64,000 bases of DNA from Pristiophorus japonicus (GCF_044704955.1 NC_091982.1:23746001-23810000); one strand, 5' to 3'; shown: positions 38,215 to 51,348, counted from the first letter of the stretch. A program made the numbers and translations. Notes: generated from the letters alone by a model not told the origin.

Positions 38215-41200
38215 CATCATCATAGGCAGTCCCTCGAAATCGAGGAAGACTTGCTTCCACTCTAAAAGTGAGTTCTCAGGTGGCTGTACAGTCCAATGCA
38301 GGAATTACAGTCTCTGTAACAAGTGGGGCAGACAGCCATTGAAGGAACGGGTGTGTGGGGAGTCCGGTTTGCCGCACACTCCTTCCGCTCTCTGTGCTTG
38401 ATTTCTGCATGCTCTCGGCGACGAAACTCAAGGTGCTTGGCACCCTCCCGGATGCTCTTCCTCCACTTTGGGCGGTCTTGGGTCACGGATTCCCAGGTGC
38501 TGGTGGGGATGTTGCACTTTATCAAGGAGGCTTTGAGGATGTCCTTGAAGCATTTCCTCTGCCCACCTGGGGCTTGCTTGCCGTGTATGAGTTCTGAGTA
38601 GAGCACTTGCTTACGGTGTCTCGTGTCGGGCATGCAGGTGATGTGGCCCACCCAATGGAGCTGGTCGAGTGTGGTCAGTGCTTCGATGCTGCAGATGTAG
38701 GCCTGAGCGTGAACACTGACGTGGTGTGTCGATCCTCCCAGTGGATTTGCAGGATGATGTGGAGGGAATGCTGGTGGTATTTCTCCAGGGCTTTGAGGTG
38801 TCTGCTGTGTATAGTCCACGTCTCTGAGCCATAAAAGAGGGCAGGTATCACTACAGCCCTGTAGACCATAAGCTTGGTGCCAGATTTGAGGTCCTGGTCG
38901 TCAAACACTCTCTTCCTCAGGTGACCGAAGGCTGCGCAGGCACACTGGAGGCGATGTTGGACCTCGTCATCGATGTTTGCCCTTGCTGATAGTAGGCTCC
39001 TGAGGTATGGAAAATGGTCCACATTGTCCAAGGCTGAGCCATGGATTTTGATGGGCAGTGCTGTATGGCGGGGTCAGGTTGGTGGAGGACCTTTGTGTTA
39101 CAGATTTTTAGCGTAAGGTCCGTGCTTTCGTATACCTCGGTGAAGGTTTTGATGATGGCTTTGTATGGTGTTTTGTGTGCCCCGTGTCTCTATGACTCTC
39201 CCTTGAGTTGACCCGTGCTTTAACACTCCACAGTTCGGGTTGTTTCCCTTTGGACGGCAGGAGCTTTTGCCAATAGTTCCTGCCTAGCCCGTTGATTAGC
39301 GGGTAATCCCACACACAGAGGGAGAGACCAAGGTCAGATAGTTCTTCTCCTATGCCCGATGCACAGCATCCTCAGTGGGATTACTGTGTAACCTGGCCAT
39401 GAGCAGATGCCACCCAGTTGGTCTTCCGAATTATACCATGAACCACAAGCCCCTCAACCCCCAAGTTCAGATCCAAGGAGTTACTGTGGATAGATTATAA
39501 TCGACTCAGACAAAATAAAATGGATCAGATTGGTCAAAGATCGATTCCTTTTATTACACTCACAAAATGACAACCCCTAATCCTCTCGCTTATGGCTTAA
39601 AGAGTAGGTGACTGTGGATACCAGCTTAAAAGCTGAGACTAAATACCCACCATTTCGGTTACGCCGAACCAATCCCCTTCCCAGAATCTAAGCCTCGATA
39701 ATGGAAACCCCAACTAAACCCCTCTCCCGGTTTGGTCAGAACCCACACTTGGAAGCCTCCTCACACACACATGTGTTAGCCTGCATCTTGGACACTTGCA
39801 GTTCCTCAGCAGCCAAACACGCTGGTTACCAGTCCTTGTCATTGATTCACGCTGTCCCGGGTCCATTCAACTCTGAAGACAAAACCGTGCCTAACAGAGG
39901 CGCGCGATGAGGTCTCGAGAGTTACTTTCAGGCGGCACGGCGAGGCACTCACTTCAGGCATTCCTGGAGAGTTGACAGACATGTAGCCACATGGGGAACC
40001 CCGTTCCAGATGGTAGAGAAAAGTAAGCAAGCCCTGAATCCTCAAAGTTCAGCATATTTATACCCCATATAATACACAAAACTGGCAGGGCGATTCCTAG
40101 TTTCCATGGCGAGTTGGTATTCCTGGTGACCTCTCTGTCCTGGATTGGTCATCTTGATGAAAACAATGGTAGGCCATTTCTGTACATGGGCAGTTCTAGA
40201 AGTGCTAACTGTTTGTTGAGTTCTTGACTGCTCCTTCATTGAAAGAGTCCAGAGGTGTTACTTTTGGTTTGCAAACCTCATTGTCCATCCAGACATCCCG
40301 GCTCCATGGACAAAAGGTGTTTTTCCACAAATCACGCAAAGTTCGAAATGAAAAAGACCTCTGCCTTTCATGACATCAGCGTTGAGACTGGTCCCATGGC
40401 AACCCAAAAGACAGAAAGCTCCTGCTTTATCACAGAAGCCAAAATCAGTCCTTTTAAAGTCCAAAAGTCCAAACTCGATTTTGAAATGCAGCCCACGTGC
40501 ATTTCCATTTTAAAAAGCTACAGATCTATTTTAAAAGTCCAAACATCCTTCTGGCCCATACACACACTGATGCTGGCACTGGCCAAATCCTACAGCTTGG
40601 AGTTCGGTCTCTGAGTGTGCGCAGATGCAAGCGTCATCCACGTAATGTGGTTCAATGACAGAGGAAGGGACAACCTTGGCTCTAGCCTGGAGGCAACGTA
40701 GGTTGAACAGGTTCCCATTGGTTCTATAGTTTAGTTCTGCTGCAGCAGGGAGCTTGTTGATAGTGAGATGGAGCATTTCGGCAAGGTAGATCGAGAAGAA
40801 CGTTGGTGCAATGATGCTTGACCCCGGTCCGGACGTGGATTGGGTCTGTGGTGGATCCGTTGGTCAGGATCACAGCTTGCATGTTGTCGTGGAGCAGGTG
40901 GAGGATGGTGACAAACCTTTGGGGGCAGCCGAAATGGAGGAGGACGCTCCATAGTCCCTCGCGGTTAACAGTGTCAAAGGCCTTTGTGAGGACAAAAAAG
41001 GCCATGTACAAGGGTTGGTGCTGTTCCCTGCATTTCTCTTGTAGTTGTCGCGCAGTGAAGATCATGTCCGTTGTACCCCTTAGTGGACGGAATCCGCACT
41101 GTGACTCTGGGAGGAGCTCTTCAGCCACAGGGAGAAGACAGTTGAGGAGGATTTTTACATTGACTTTTCCAGTGGCCGACATCAGAGAGATTCATCTGTA

Positions 41201-42964
41201 GTTACCACAGTCGGACTTGTCCCCCTTTTTGAAGATGGTCATGATTACAGCATCTCTGAGATCTCCTGGCACACTCCCCTCCTTCCAGATAAGAGAGATA
41301 AGGTCATACATTCATGCCAATAGTGCTTCTCCACCATACTTCGAGCCTCAGCGGAAATTCCATCTGCTCCTGATGCCTTATTGTTCTTGAGCGGGCACAT
41401 GGCCTTTTCTACTTCATGCAGGGCTGGGGTTTTGCTGAGATGGTGGCGGGTAGCATGCTGCAGGATGGAGTCAAGGACACTCATGTCAAAGGCAGAGTAT
41501 AGGTTAAGGGGATCTTCAAAGTGCTCCTTCCAGTGGGCCCTGACTGCCTCGGTGTCCTTGATGAGTGTCTCTCCATTCTTGGCCAGCAGTAGGGTGGGAC
41601 CTTGGGTGCTTGAGCCATAATTGGCCTTGACTGCGCTGAAGAATCCTCGCACATCATGGTTGTCGGCCAACTGATGGATCTCCTGTGCTTTCTCCGTTCA
41701 CCATTTATTCTTTAGGTCGCAGGTTTTTTGTTGGACCTTGACTTCAGCCGCCTGTAGAGCTGCTTTGCTGCTCCCAAGTTGGGTTGCTGCTTTAAGTTCA
41801 GAAATGCCTTGAGCTTGCGGCTTATTAGTTTCTGGATCTCCTGATCATTCTCGTCAAACCAGTCTTGGTGTTTCCTGGTTAAGTGACTGAGTGTCTCTTC
41901 GCAGGCGCTGGTTATGAAGGCCATGAGGGCAGACCAGGCGCTGTGGGCACTCTGTGTCTCGGGGTCATCGAGTCGCCAGGTTGGTAGTGAGGCGCTGGCT
42001 GTATAGGGCTTTCTTAACTGGGTCTTTGAGTGCTCCGACGTTGATTTTTCTGCGGCATTGTTTCTGTTGCCGTCGCTACTTTGGGGCTATATTGATGTTA
42101 ATGACGTAGTGGATTAGGCAGTGGTCCATCCAGCAGTCATCGGCTCCTGTCATGGCGCGGGTGATGCACACGTCCTTGTGGTCTCTCGCTCGGACTATGA
42201 CGTAGTCGAGCAGATGCCAGTGCTTGGAGCGAGTGTGTTGCCATGATGCCTTGTACGTATCCCTCTGACGGAACAAGGTGTTGGTGATGACAAGGTTGTG
42301 TTCGAGGCATTTTGTCAGGAGCAAGTTACCACTGGAGTTGGTTTTCCCTACCCACTCTCTGCCGATCATACCTCCCCAGAGGTCTGTGTCCTTTCCGACT
42401 CTGGCGTTGAAGTCGCCAAAGGAGGATCAGCTTGTCGTCCGTAAGGACTTGGGGACAGGGATTGTTCAAGGCTGGAGTAGAATTCCTCTTTGGTCTCAAC
42501 TGTTACGTTGAGTGTTGGGCCGTATGCGGTGATGACTGTGGTGCAGTGGTTCCCGGCTAGAGCGTCATGAGACGTTCGCTTATCCCGCAGGAGGAGTCTC
42601 TGAGACAGCCCACCAGCTCATTCTTGATGGCGAAGCCAACTCCATGGAGGCGGCGTTCTTCTTCTGGTTTACCTTTCCAGAAGAAGGTGTAACCACCACC
42701 TTGTTCTTTGAGTTGACCTTCCCCTGCCCGCCAGGTCTCACTTGGGGCGGCGATGTCAACGGCGAAGCGTCTGAGTTCCCAGGCAACGATAGCAGTGTGA
42801 CATTCTGGTCTGTCGCTGTTGGGGTTGTCCATGACATTCCAGACCTGAACTTCATTTTGAAGGGTGGAAGATGTCTGTGCGTGAGTTCTTTTAACGTGGG
42901 TGGTCGTTGCACACCAGCTACCACACGGGCTTAGCAGGACAAGGTCTTGGTCCAATGGCACGAT
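38215..42964 (-). mobile_element. RTE-clade LINE, near full length, degenerate
   Basis: 7-bp TSD ACTGGAT (38208-38214 / 42965-42971); (TGA)n tail; EN (GYTFFWKG, GVGFAI, HWHLLDY) and RT (LPESQCGFRP, LTKAFDTVNR, FPYL, LFYGSETW). Confidence 0.96.
39162..40594 (-). mobile_element. Solo LTR, 1433 bp, inserted in the RTE
   Basis: TGTA...TACA ends; 4-bp TSD GCTT (39158-39161 / 40595-40598); minus-strand TATAAA near 40060 and AATAAA near 39552; RTE sequence is continuous across it. Confidence 0.88.
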
Positions 42965-43137
42965 ACTGGATACTGCAAAGGCGACCAACAACATCCCAGC
43001 TATAGTGCTGTCATCTACCTGATACAGTGAAAAACGGCCCAAGTTTGTCCTGTCCACTAAAAGCAGGGCAAATCTAATCCAACCAATTACCACCCCATCA
43101 GCCTATGACAATAATCAGCAAAGTGATGGAAATTGTC

Positions 43138-43667
43138 ATAAGAACATTAGAAATAGGAGCAGCAGTAGTCTATACGGCCCCTCAAGCCTGCTCCGCCATT
43201 CAATACGATCATGGCTGATCATCAAACTCAATTCCTCTTTCCCGCCCAATCTCCAGATTCCTTGATTCCCATGAGAGTCAAAAAATCTATCTATCTCAGC
43301 CTTGAATATATTCAAAGACTCAGCATCCACAGCCCTCTGGGGCAGAGAATTATAAAAATTCACAACACTCTGAGTGAAGAAATTCCTCCACAACTCCGTC
43401 TTAAATGGCCTATCCCTTATCCTGAGACTGTGCACCTTAGTTCAAGGCACTCCAGTCAGGGGAAATGATCTCTCAGCATCTACCCTCTCAATCCACTTCA
43501 GAATCTTGTATGTTTCAGCCCTCTCATCCCAGCAATCAATCTAGTGAACCTTCATTGCACCGCCTCCACGGCAAGTATATCCTTCCTTAGATAAGGACAC
43601 CAAAACTGTGCACAGTACTCCAGAAGTGGTCTCACTAAGGCCCTGTATAATTACAGCAAGACTTCCT
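43138..43667 (-). mobile_element. CR1 3' fragment (nested; a few more bases at about 44351-44360)
   Basis: ATAAGAACATTAGAA tail; ORF 43136-43435 FFTQSVVNFYNSLPQRAV. Confidence 0.9.
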
Positions 43668-44350
43668 GAGGTAAAAATTTACCTCCACCCCAACGATATT
43701 CGATACTTGGAAGTTTTTTTTTCTCAGGGCGGATGTATTCGCGGTTGAGGGGCGGAAGTGCCCTTGCCGCGGATCGCCGGCCCCGATCAGTCATCAGCGC
43801 CGGGCTGATGACATCAGCACTGACATGTCACAATGTCTCTCCCCTGCAGTTAAAGGGGAGAGCTGCTGCGTGTTCTGCATATTTTTCAGTTAGGTCCACT
43901 GGACCACCAGGGAGGGCTTTGGCTAGGCCAGTGGCCTGGCACCCAAGCTGGGGTGCCAGGCTGCCTGTTGGGGGCCCGGCTAAACCCAGGGCCATAATTG
44001 TGGAGCCAACTTGGCAATGCACCCTCCCCTTTAAGGGCAGCCGCGCCACCATTTTATAGAGAGTGTACCGACAGCAAAAGCTGTTCGGGGCTCCAGCTGG
44101 TGGCGGGGCCACACCCGCGGGGCAATTTCAGGTAAGGGCCAATTTCGCAAGGGGGTGCCAGCCAGATGGTAAGGGGTTGGCACGTGCACGCCGCAGTGGG
44201 AAAACGACCGGACACCGCTCCGCTCCTGAGGAAGGCCAATTTCTAAAATGGCGGCCCCTCCACGGAGAGTCGGCGGCCATTCCGCATCGCCCCATGGCCA
44301 CAACCTTCCAGCAGTCAGTGGCCTTATCGAAAGGGGCAATTTTGGCCCCC
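43668..44350. mobile_element. PIF/Harbinger-like MITE nested in CR1
   Basis: Imperfect TIRs GAGGTAAAAATTTACC / GGGCAATTTTGGCCCC; CpG-rich; related to 54963-55386. Confidence 0.75.
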
Positions 44351-46626
44351 TTACTCTTAACTGTCGTTGATAGTGCTATCAAGCGACACTTACTCACAAA
44401 TAACCACTCGCTGATGATCAGTTTGGGTTCTACCAGGCCGATTGGCTCCAGACCTCATTTCAACCTTGGTCCAAACATGGACAAAAGAGCTGAATTCAAG
44501 GTGAGGTGAAAGTGACTGCCCTCGACATCAAGGCAGTATTTGACCGAGTGTGGCACCAGAGAGCCCTAGTAAAACTGAAGTCGATGGGAATCAGGGGGAA
44601 AATTGTCCATTGGCTGGAATAATACCTGGCACAAAGGAAGATAGTTGTGGTTATTGAAGGCCAATCATCTCAGCCCTAGGACATCGCTGCAGGAGTTCCT
44701 CAGGGCAGTGTCCTAGGCCCAAACATCTTCAGCTGCTTCATCAATGACCTGCCCTCCATCATAAAGTCAGAAGTGGGGATTTTCACTGATGATTGCACAG
44801 TGTTCAGTTCTAATCACAACTCCTCAGATAATCAAACCATCTGTGCTTACATGCAGCAAGACCTGGACAACATCCAGGCATGGGCTGATAAGTAGCAAGT
44901 AATATTCATATCACACAAGTGTCAGGCAATGACCATTTCCAACATGAGAGAGTCTAACCACCGCCCCTTGACATTCAGTGGCATTACCATCACTGAATCC
45001 CTCACCATCAACCTTCTGAAGGTCACCATTGACCAGAAACTTAACTGGACCAGCCACATAAATACTGTGGCTACAAGAACAGGTCAGAGGCTGGGTGTTC
45101 TGCAACAAGTGACTCACCTCACCTCCTGACTCCCCAAAGCCTTTCAACCTCCTACAAGGCACAAGTCAGGAGTGTGATGGAATTCTCTCCACTTGCCTAG
45201 ATGCGTGCAGCTCCAACAACACTCAAGAAACTCAACACCATCAAGGACAAAGCATTCTGCTTGATCAGCATCCCGTCCACCACCAGCGTACTGTGACTGC
45301 AGTGTGTACCATCTTCAAGATGCACTGCAGCAACTCGCCACGGCTTCTTCGACAGCAGCTCCCAAGCCCTCGACCTCTACACTCTAGAAGGATAAGGGCA
45401 GCAGGCATATAGGAACAGCACCACGCCCAGGTTTCCTTTCAAGTCACACACCATTCTAATCTGGCCATATCATCATCGCTGGGTCAAAATTCTGGAATTC
45501 CCTACCTGACAGCACTGTGGGAGCACCTTCACCACAAGGACTGCTGCGGTTCAATTCTGAGAGTGCCCACCATAACTTCAACAGAAAAGCTAGACCAATT
45601 TCTTTAAAAGAATGAGGGAAGAAAATAATGGACAGAATTTGGCAAAGAAACAATCTTTCAAGATTCTAACCCAACTTTTTCTTTGTTTGTAAAATAGTAA
45701 TTGTAATTGGAACGTATCAAATGGTGGAAATATAGATGAAGCCTAATGGAGAATCCTGATCCTCTTCAGAATGGCTTAAGTTTGTTGAAACAAAAACAGA
45801 TATGACGTAGATTTTCTGGGGGTCATTTTAACTGTGCGGGAAACCCACAGGATCGGGTGGAACTCCGGTTTTACACTCGCTCAGCATTACTCCCCATCGA
45901 CTTTGGGAGGGGTGTAAAATCAGCATTGTGCCTAATCCTGTCAGTTTCTCAACTGGTGCTTTCGCTTAAAATTGCCCCTCCTGCGTCTGCCCACAGCACA
46001 GTTCCTCACCTGCCATCAGTGTCTTTCGACTGGTGCTAGGCAAGCTACCTTGACACAGGCGCAGACTCTCAAAATCTAGCTATTTACTCTCGAATAAACT
46101 GATGCATCACTTCTGGTGCAAAATTGAAGAAGTGGTAGGTTTAAGCAGGGAGCCTTGTCACTTGTGGAATTTTCTACCAGAATCGGTTTATATTGTCTGA
46201 TGAAAATACAGGTTAAAAACAACTTTCTTCTTGTTCCTAACTTCCTTAGTACTTGACTCTTTCACAAAGGGGAACAGTTAAATTATTTAACAGACAAAAT
46301 TTAGCTACAAAATTAACTTTGCTGGAATTTGCTGATCACAGTTCCTAACCTAGTCAGCTATTTTTGTTCTTTTCCTCAAAATAATCTGAAGCCTTCCAGA
46401 CAAATAATGAAGAGAGAGGTTTTTATTTGTCCTTTTGTGGCTGGATATCCCTTCTCAACAAAGTATGTGCTTATTCTTGAACAAATCATTCCATTGTTTT
46501 CGGAGCTTGCTGTTGTCTCCAGAGGATACCAGGAATTGCAATTTGTCTTCATATTTTTTGCTGGGAAAACTGGGAGTTGTAATCCAAGCAAATTCACAGT
46601 AAAATTTTCCATGATTTATTCACTGT

Positions 46627-46628
<2 letters not shown>

Positions 46629-46662
<34 letters not shown>
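46629..46662. repeat. (TA)17 microsatellite
   Basis: Perfect TA run. Confidence 0.98.
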
Positions 46663-46667
<5 letters not shown>

Positions 46668-47169
46668 TGTGCTATATAATTCTCAGCTTTATGCCTGTAT
46701 TTATTCCTGATTTATTTTGGATGTCTTGGGGGACAGAAATGCAGTAAAGACATGCAATAAATAGTCAGAGGTTCATGTGAGCAATGTTGTTCACGCCAAG
46801 CAGCAGAGAACTGTTGACATCTGTGTAGGTGGGGAGGGGCAAGTGCTCCCGGCAAGGAGGGCAGGGAATCAAGCCTGAGGAGCAGAGAAGTACTAATGTG
46901 ACACATGGGAACATAAGGCAAGCTATAGGTCTTGTTCTCTCTGTCTAGCTGCCACATTTAGCTCATCTCAAGAAGATGACCTCAGACAGCTGTGGATCTG
47001 ACTGCTTCTCTCTCTCATAGCCAACTGAACCCATCATGGTTCATCCTTGTCAGGGTCCGTGATATCGAATGGTTTGGTTGCTCTCTTTGGAAAAAGTTGA
47101 GACTTTAAAGAAGGAGATTGACAGTTTATTCAAACTCAACTGTTTGCTATCATAAATAATTCATATACC

Positions 47170-47440
47170 AGGAAAAACAAATTTAAAAGTGAAGAACTTA
47201 GGAGTAAGAAGGTACATCAAAAGAAAAGTTTTTCACAGATCTAATAGAATTCCGGAATAGTTTCCAGGAAAAACTGTTGAATTGGACAATATAAATGAAT
47301 TCCAGAGAAAATTTGGGGTGTTTCTGTAGTGTGAAGGGATGAAGAATATGATGAGAATGTAAGGAGCTGATCGATGAAAAGGAGACTGGCTCTTTGGGCC
47401 TAATGGCTTTTTTTAGTTCTTTGAAATTCTTATGCTCTTG
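47170..47440 (+). mobile_element. Ancient CR1 3' fragment
   Basis: Degenerate TTTTCACAGA...GGAATAG and GGGCCTAATGGC...TTCTTATG end. Confidence 0.55.
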
Positions 47441-47527
47441 TGCTGTAGCACTGCAGAAGGTGCAGCATTATCTTTACAGTTGCAAGTGTCACCCTTACTA
47501 TAGTTACATGAACTTTAAGGTTATTTC

Positions 47528-47725
47528 TGTTGTGTATCTGTAAAGCATGCACTCTCATGTTCCGCCATCAGGGAGCTCATCCTCTGAACTTCCAAGGGAT
47601 CCCAGCATCCCTTGGGAGCACTGTATATAAGCCTGTTCCTCACTCTGGAGTGTCTTAATAAAGACTGAGGTCACTGTTACTTTAACCTCCCTGTGTGCAG
47701 CCTCATTTGTGTTAGGAACACAATA
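47528..47725 (+). mobile_element. Solo LTR of the element-B family
   Basis: Homologous to 19130-19340 with a short internal deletion; TG...TA ends; 5-bp TSD ATTTC (47523-47527 / 47726-47730). Confidence 0.97.
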
Positions 47726-48614
47726 ATTTCCTTTATTTTGGAGTTGACATTTAATGAAATCTATTTTGAGGATTTTGAAAGAGTCCTACATGTTAGGGAC
47801 CTATGTTGGACAAATAATCCACCTTTCAATGCATATGAGTACTGTTTTAAATATATCAGCTTTTTAAGTTCAGACACTTCACAGAATATTTACAGTTTTA
47901 GGGCCCGCCGACACTTCTGGGCCTCCTGCACACTGATTGGCTGACTGACAGTCGGTCCAGCCAATCGACGCACACACACACTTACCCCAGCAACAGCACT
48001 TAAAGGCGCTGTCCACCCAAACACGTGACCTCACCTCATGCGGCAAAATCCCTTGTTCGGGACAGGTCAAGTCACAAGGGTGCCGGATAAGGGAGGTTCA
48101 ATCTGTATTGGTTTTCTGGGAGGAATTTGCTCCTGAACTGCACTCAGTGCTATTGGAGGAAGTTTGTTGCAGAGATCTCTGACATTCATTTGCATGAAAT
48201 TTACATGAATGTGCCTTCTTCACATGTGTGAAATATGTGTTAACAATTCCTCAGGCACTGTGTTGATGTCCAGCAAAAATGTCAAAGTCTGTACAGCCTG
48301 ACAAGAATAAAATCGGGCATTTCCAGCACTTTATTTTGTCAGATCTTTCAAAAACACTGGTCACATTCCTGGTTATCTATCTACACTTTGTTGATGCAGG
48401 CAAGCGCACAGTTAAAATGACTTGTGGGACTTACCTGCTGAGGTATCACTGTCTTCCCACAGGTTCCCAATTTTAACCTGTATTTGTACATAGGTGAAAG
48501 GGACACCCATTGGAGACTGGCGCAGGGCATTCTTTAAATATGTAGATCAGGCTCCGATGATGTCATCAGACCACGACTGCTATTTTAACCAGAGGCCTGC
48601 GCGGGGAAGCTGTT

Positions 48615-49160
48615 GGGCTGGATTTTTGGTTGTTGGCGAAAACGATAGTTCGACATCCAAATTACCATTTTCGCTGCACTATCATTTTTCGGCCTAAATA
48701 TCGGCCTTTATGTCGATAATGAGGATTTGCGGTGCAAACCGCGAGTTTCGGCAACTTTAGTCTGAGGCCAGTAGTGCTGCGAGAGATGCCTTGGGAAGGG
48801 GGGCGGGGGGGGGGGGAAATTGGAAAAAACATTCATAAAACCTTTACCTACTAAATCGCTGAAAAATAATTTAAAAATAAAAACTTTAACTTACCTTTTT
48901 TTTGCAGGTCTTCATACTTACCGCTGCTGGCAGGCCTGTGCCGACAGGTTTTGCCTGTCGCTGTTCTGGGCGTGGTGGAGAGTGCTGAAAGTAGGACAGC
49001 AAGGCAATCCGCGGTGTTTCACGTCGGCGCACCTCTCCCCGGCGGTATGTGGAAGCACTGCCGCAAAAAGGTGCCTGAAGATCCCCTCCGACCGGGTTTT
49101 CCCCACGGAGGGTCAAATCGTGGCGAAAACCCGGTCGCAAAGTCGGCAAAAATCTAGCCC
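48615..49160. mobile_element. PIF/Harbinger-like MITE, complete
   Basis: TIRs GGGCTGGATTTTTG / CAAAAATCTAGCCC; 3-bp TSD GTT. Confidence 0.87.
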
Positions 49161-49750
49161 GTTGTGTCCTTCCCGTCAGCCCAACTTAGCGGGAAGAGAA
49201 GTAGGCGCCAAAGGAAGCTTCAAAAAGTAAATGGCTTGACTTATTGTTTTTTCAGTTTCCTTGTGGAGCCAGGCGAACCAGGAGTGCTCCTCTTGCCCCC
49301 ATAAGGAAACTTTAAACCTCCTGTGCTTCCTCCCCCTCCCCTGACCATGAGGCCCTTCAGAACCCCCTCCCAGCCCTTTACCTGAGTGACAGGGACCACT
49401 CCATCATTAAAGTCTCCCAGGCCTCATGCTACAGATGGTTTGACATGCACTTTAATCCCCACCTACACAACTCTTGCCCTAAATTAAAATCGGGGTTCAG
49501 CCTTTTGATTTTATTTGCCAGCAACCCTCAATGATTAGGTCAAAAATGTATACAAGCACTCAACTCAGCTCTCTCGTATAGGCCAGTAGTTTGAATTAAA
49601 TATTCTAAAAGCATGAATAAATCCCTCTATATTGAGTTACTGAATAAATTGGCCTTGTCATGTCGGAGCAGAGTGGAATCCAGGTATGCTCCTCTAAGAG
49701 TTAAAGAGAGAAAGGTAGAAGAATAGTCAATCCAGGCTGATCCAGTACAT

Positions 49751-49894
49751 ACAAAAGCAAAATATTGAGTATACTGGAAACTGAAATAAAAACAAAAAAT
49801 GCTGGAAATCTCAGCAGGTCATGCCCTGAAACGTTAACTCTCTTTTTCTCTGCACAGATGCTGCTTGACCCGCTGAGATTTCCAGCATTTTCTA
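49751..49894. mobile_element. Penelope-like short inverted-repeat insertion
   Basis: 11-bp TSD ATCCAGTACAT (49740-49750 / 49895-49905); ~26-bp inverted repeat AAAATGCTGGAAATCTCAGCAGGTCA / TGACCCGCTGAGATTTCCAGCATTTT. Confidence 0.75.
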
Positions 49895-50199
49895 ATCCAG
49901 TACATTTATGAGTAGTATTGCAGAAGGCCCAGGAACAGCTTGTGTGGCTACCTGGTTGGCCTTTTGCATGTTGAATAAATCACTATTACTGTATTGAGAG
50001 AAAAGAACTAACGACTGCTTTACAATTGACTCTTCTTGAAGTGGAAGGTAGGCCTTTTGAGTTCAGAAAAGCCCAGATGAAGGGCCAAGGCCTACAGTAT
50101 AGGTGACCACTGAAGTTAAATGGAAAGAAGACCAAATAAATTAAGACACCAAGCTTGGGTCTAAAATGTTGAACATTGTCGAAGGAAGGGAATACTTGA

Positions 50200-51348
50200 G
50201 GGCTCAATTTTCCCCAAAGCTTTTTTTTTGGCATACTTGAAGAGTTACATCCGTTTTTTTGGGGGCCCAAGTACGCCTAACAAAGATGTGCTAAGATTCC
50301 CCGTTTGATTTCTTCATTTTGGCGCAGCCTATCCTGTCCTTTAGTTATGTGGGTGGAGCCTTAATCTACGCCAAAAAGATCAGGTTGCCATGGTAACCAG
50401 GGACACAATGCGGGCTGAGGCTGCAAAGCGAAACATACAGCCAGCTCGCAACACATTAAAATACATTGCAGCAACTTAAAAACATATTAAAATACATTGC
50501 AGCTACTTACCTCCAATTATTAAAGCCCCCCCCCCCCTCCCCGATGCCGGTGCCAATCCCCGTCCCTATCCCAGGCCGAAGGGCCTCCCGGTCCGCGGCC
50601 CCGCCCCTAGCCCTGGTTGAGTGACCTGCCGGTTCGCTGCCCCAACCAACCGATCTGTTGGTCCGCTCCCCCCCTCCCCCAACCAAGTGACTTGCTGGTC
50701 TGCTCCCTCACCAAGTGACCTGCCAGTGTACTCCACCGTCCCTAGCCCTGGCCGAAGGGCATCCCGGTCTGCTCCCCCACCTGCCCTTAGCACCAAGTGC
50801 CCTGCCGGTCCAACTCCCCCGACCCTAGCCTTGGCCGACTGTCCTCCCGGTCCGTTCCCCCACCCCTAGCCCAGGCCGAACGACCTCCCTGTCCACTTCC
50901 CCCACTCCTAGCCCAGGCCGAATGGCTCCTCCCTCATGGTCCCCCGCACCTAACTATACCAGAAAGGCTTCCCTTCCCCACTTCTCTCCCCCTCTCTTAC
51001 CTCTCCTGCTGCTGCTGTCCGGGCATCTGCTGCACTTACCTGCGCCGATTCCTTACCTGCGCCAATTTTCTTAACTCTCCAGAAGGTTTTCTGCAGAGGC
51101 CACATGCGCTGGCCTAAGAAGAAGTGGAGTAACTCTCAGCTGGCCAAACTTCCCTAAATGGTCAGAATTGGCACAGGTGACAGGTTACGCCCCCTTTGGC
51201 TGAAAAAAAAAATTTACCTAAAAAAAATCGGAACTAACTGAGTTACGCTGGTGCAAATTGAAAAAAAAATGTTTTTTTTTTAAACTTAGGCCAAAAAAAG
51301 CGGCCTGTTCAAAAAAAATGGCGCAAATCACTGGGGACAATTGAGCCC
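50200..51348. mobile_element. PIF/Harbinger-like non-autonomous DNA transposon
   Basis: TIRs GGGCTCAATTTTCCCCA / TGGGGACAATTGAGCCC; TSD not clean. Confidence 0.8.
50560..50930. repeat. Degenerate C-rich minisatellite inside the MITE
   Basis: Recurrent CCCTAGCCCWGGCCGAA units at about 40-45 bp spacing. Confidence 0.8.

Larger units (their letters stand above)
34758..45575 (+). mobile_element. LINE family B copy fragmented by nested insertions
   Basis: Collinear pieces at about 34758-34972, 36202-36671, 36944-36990, 37885-38214, 42965-43137 and 44362-45575 match 23508-27098 in order. Confidence 0.9.

Noticed and set aside
46329-46679. 116-aa ORF with a YIYIYI tail
   Set aside because: Extended by the (TA)n microsatellite; no recognisable domain.
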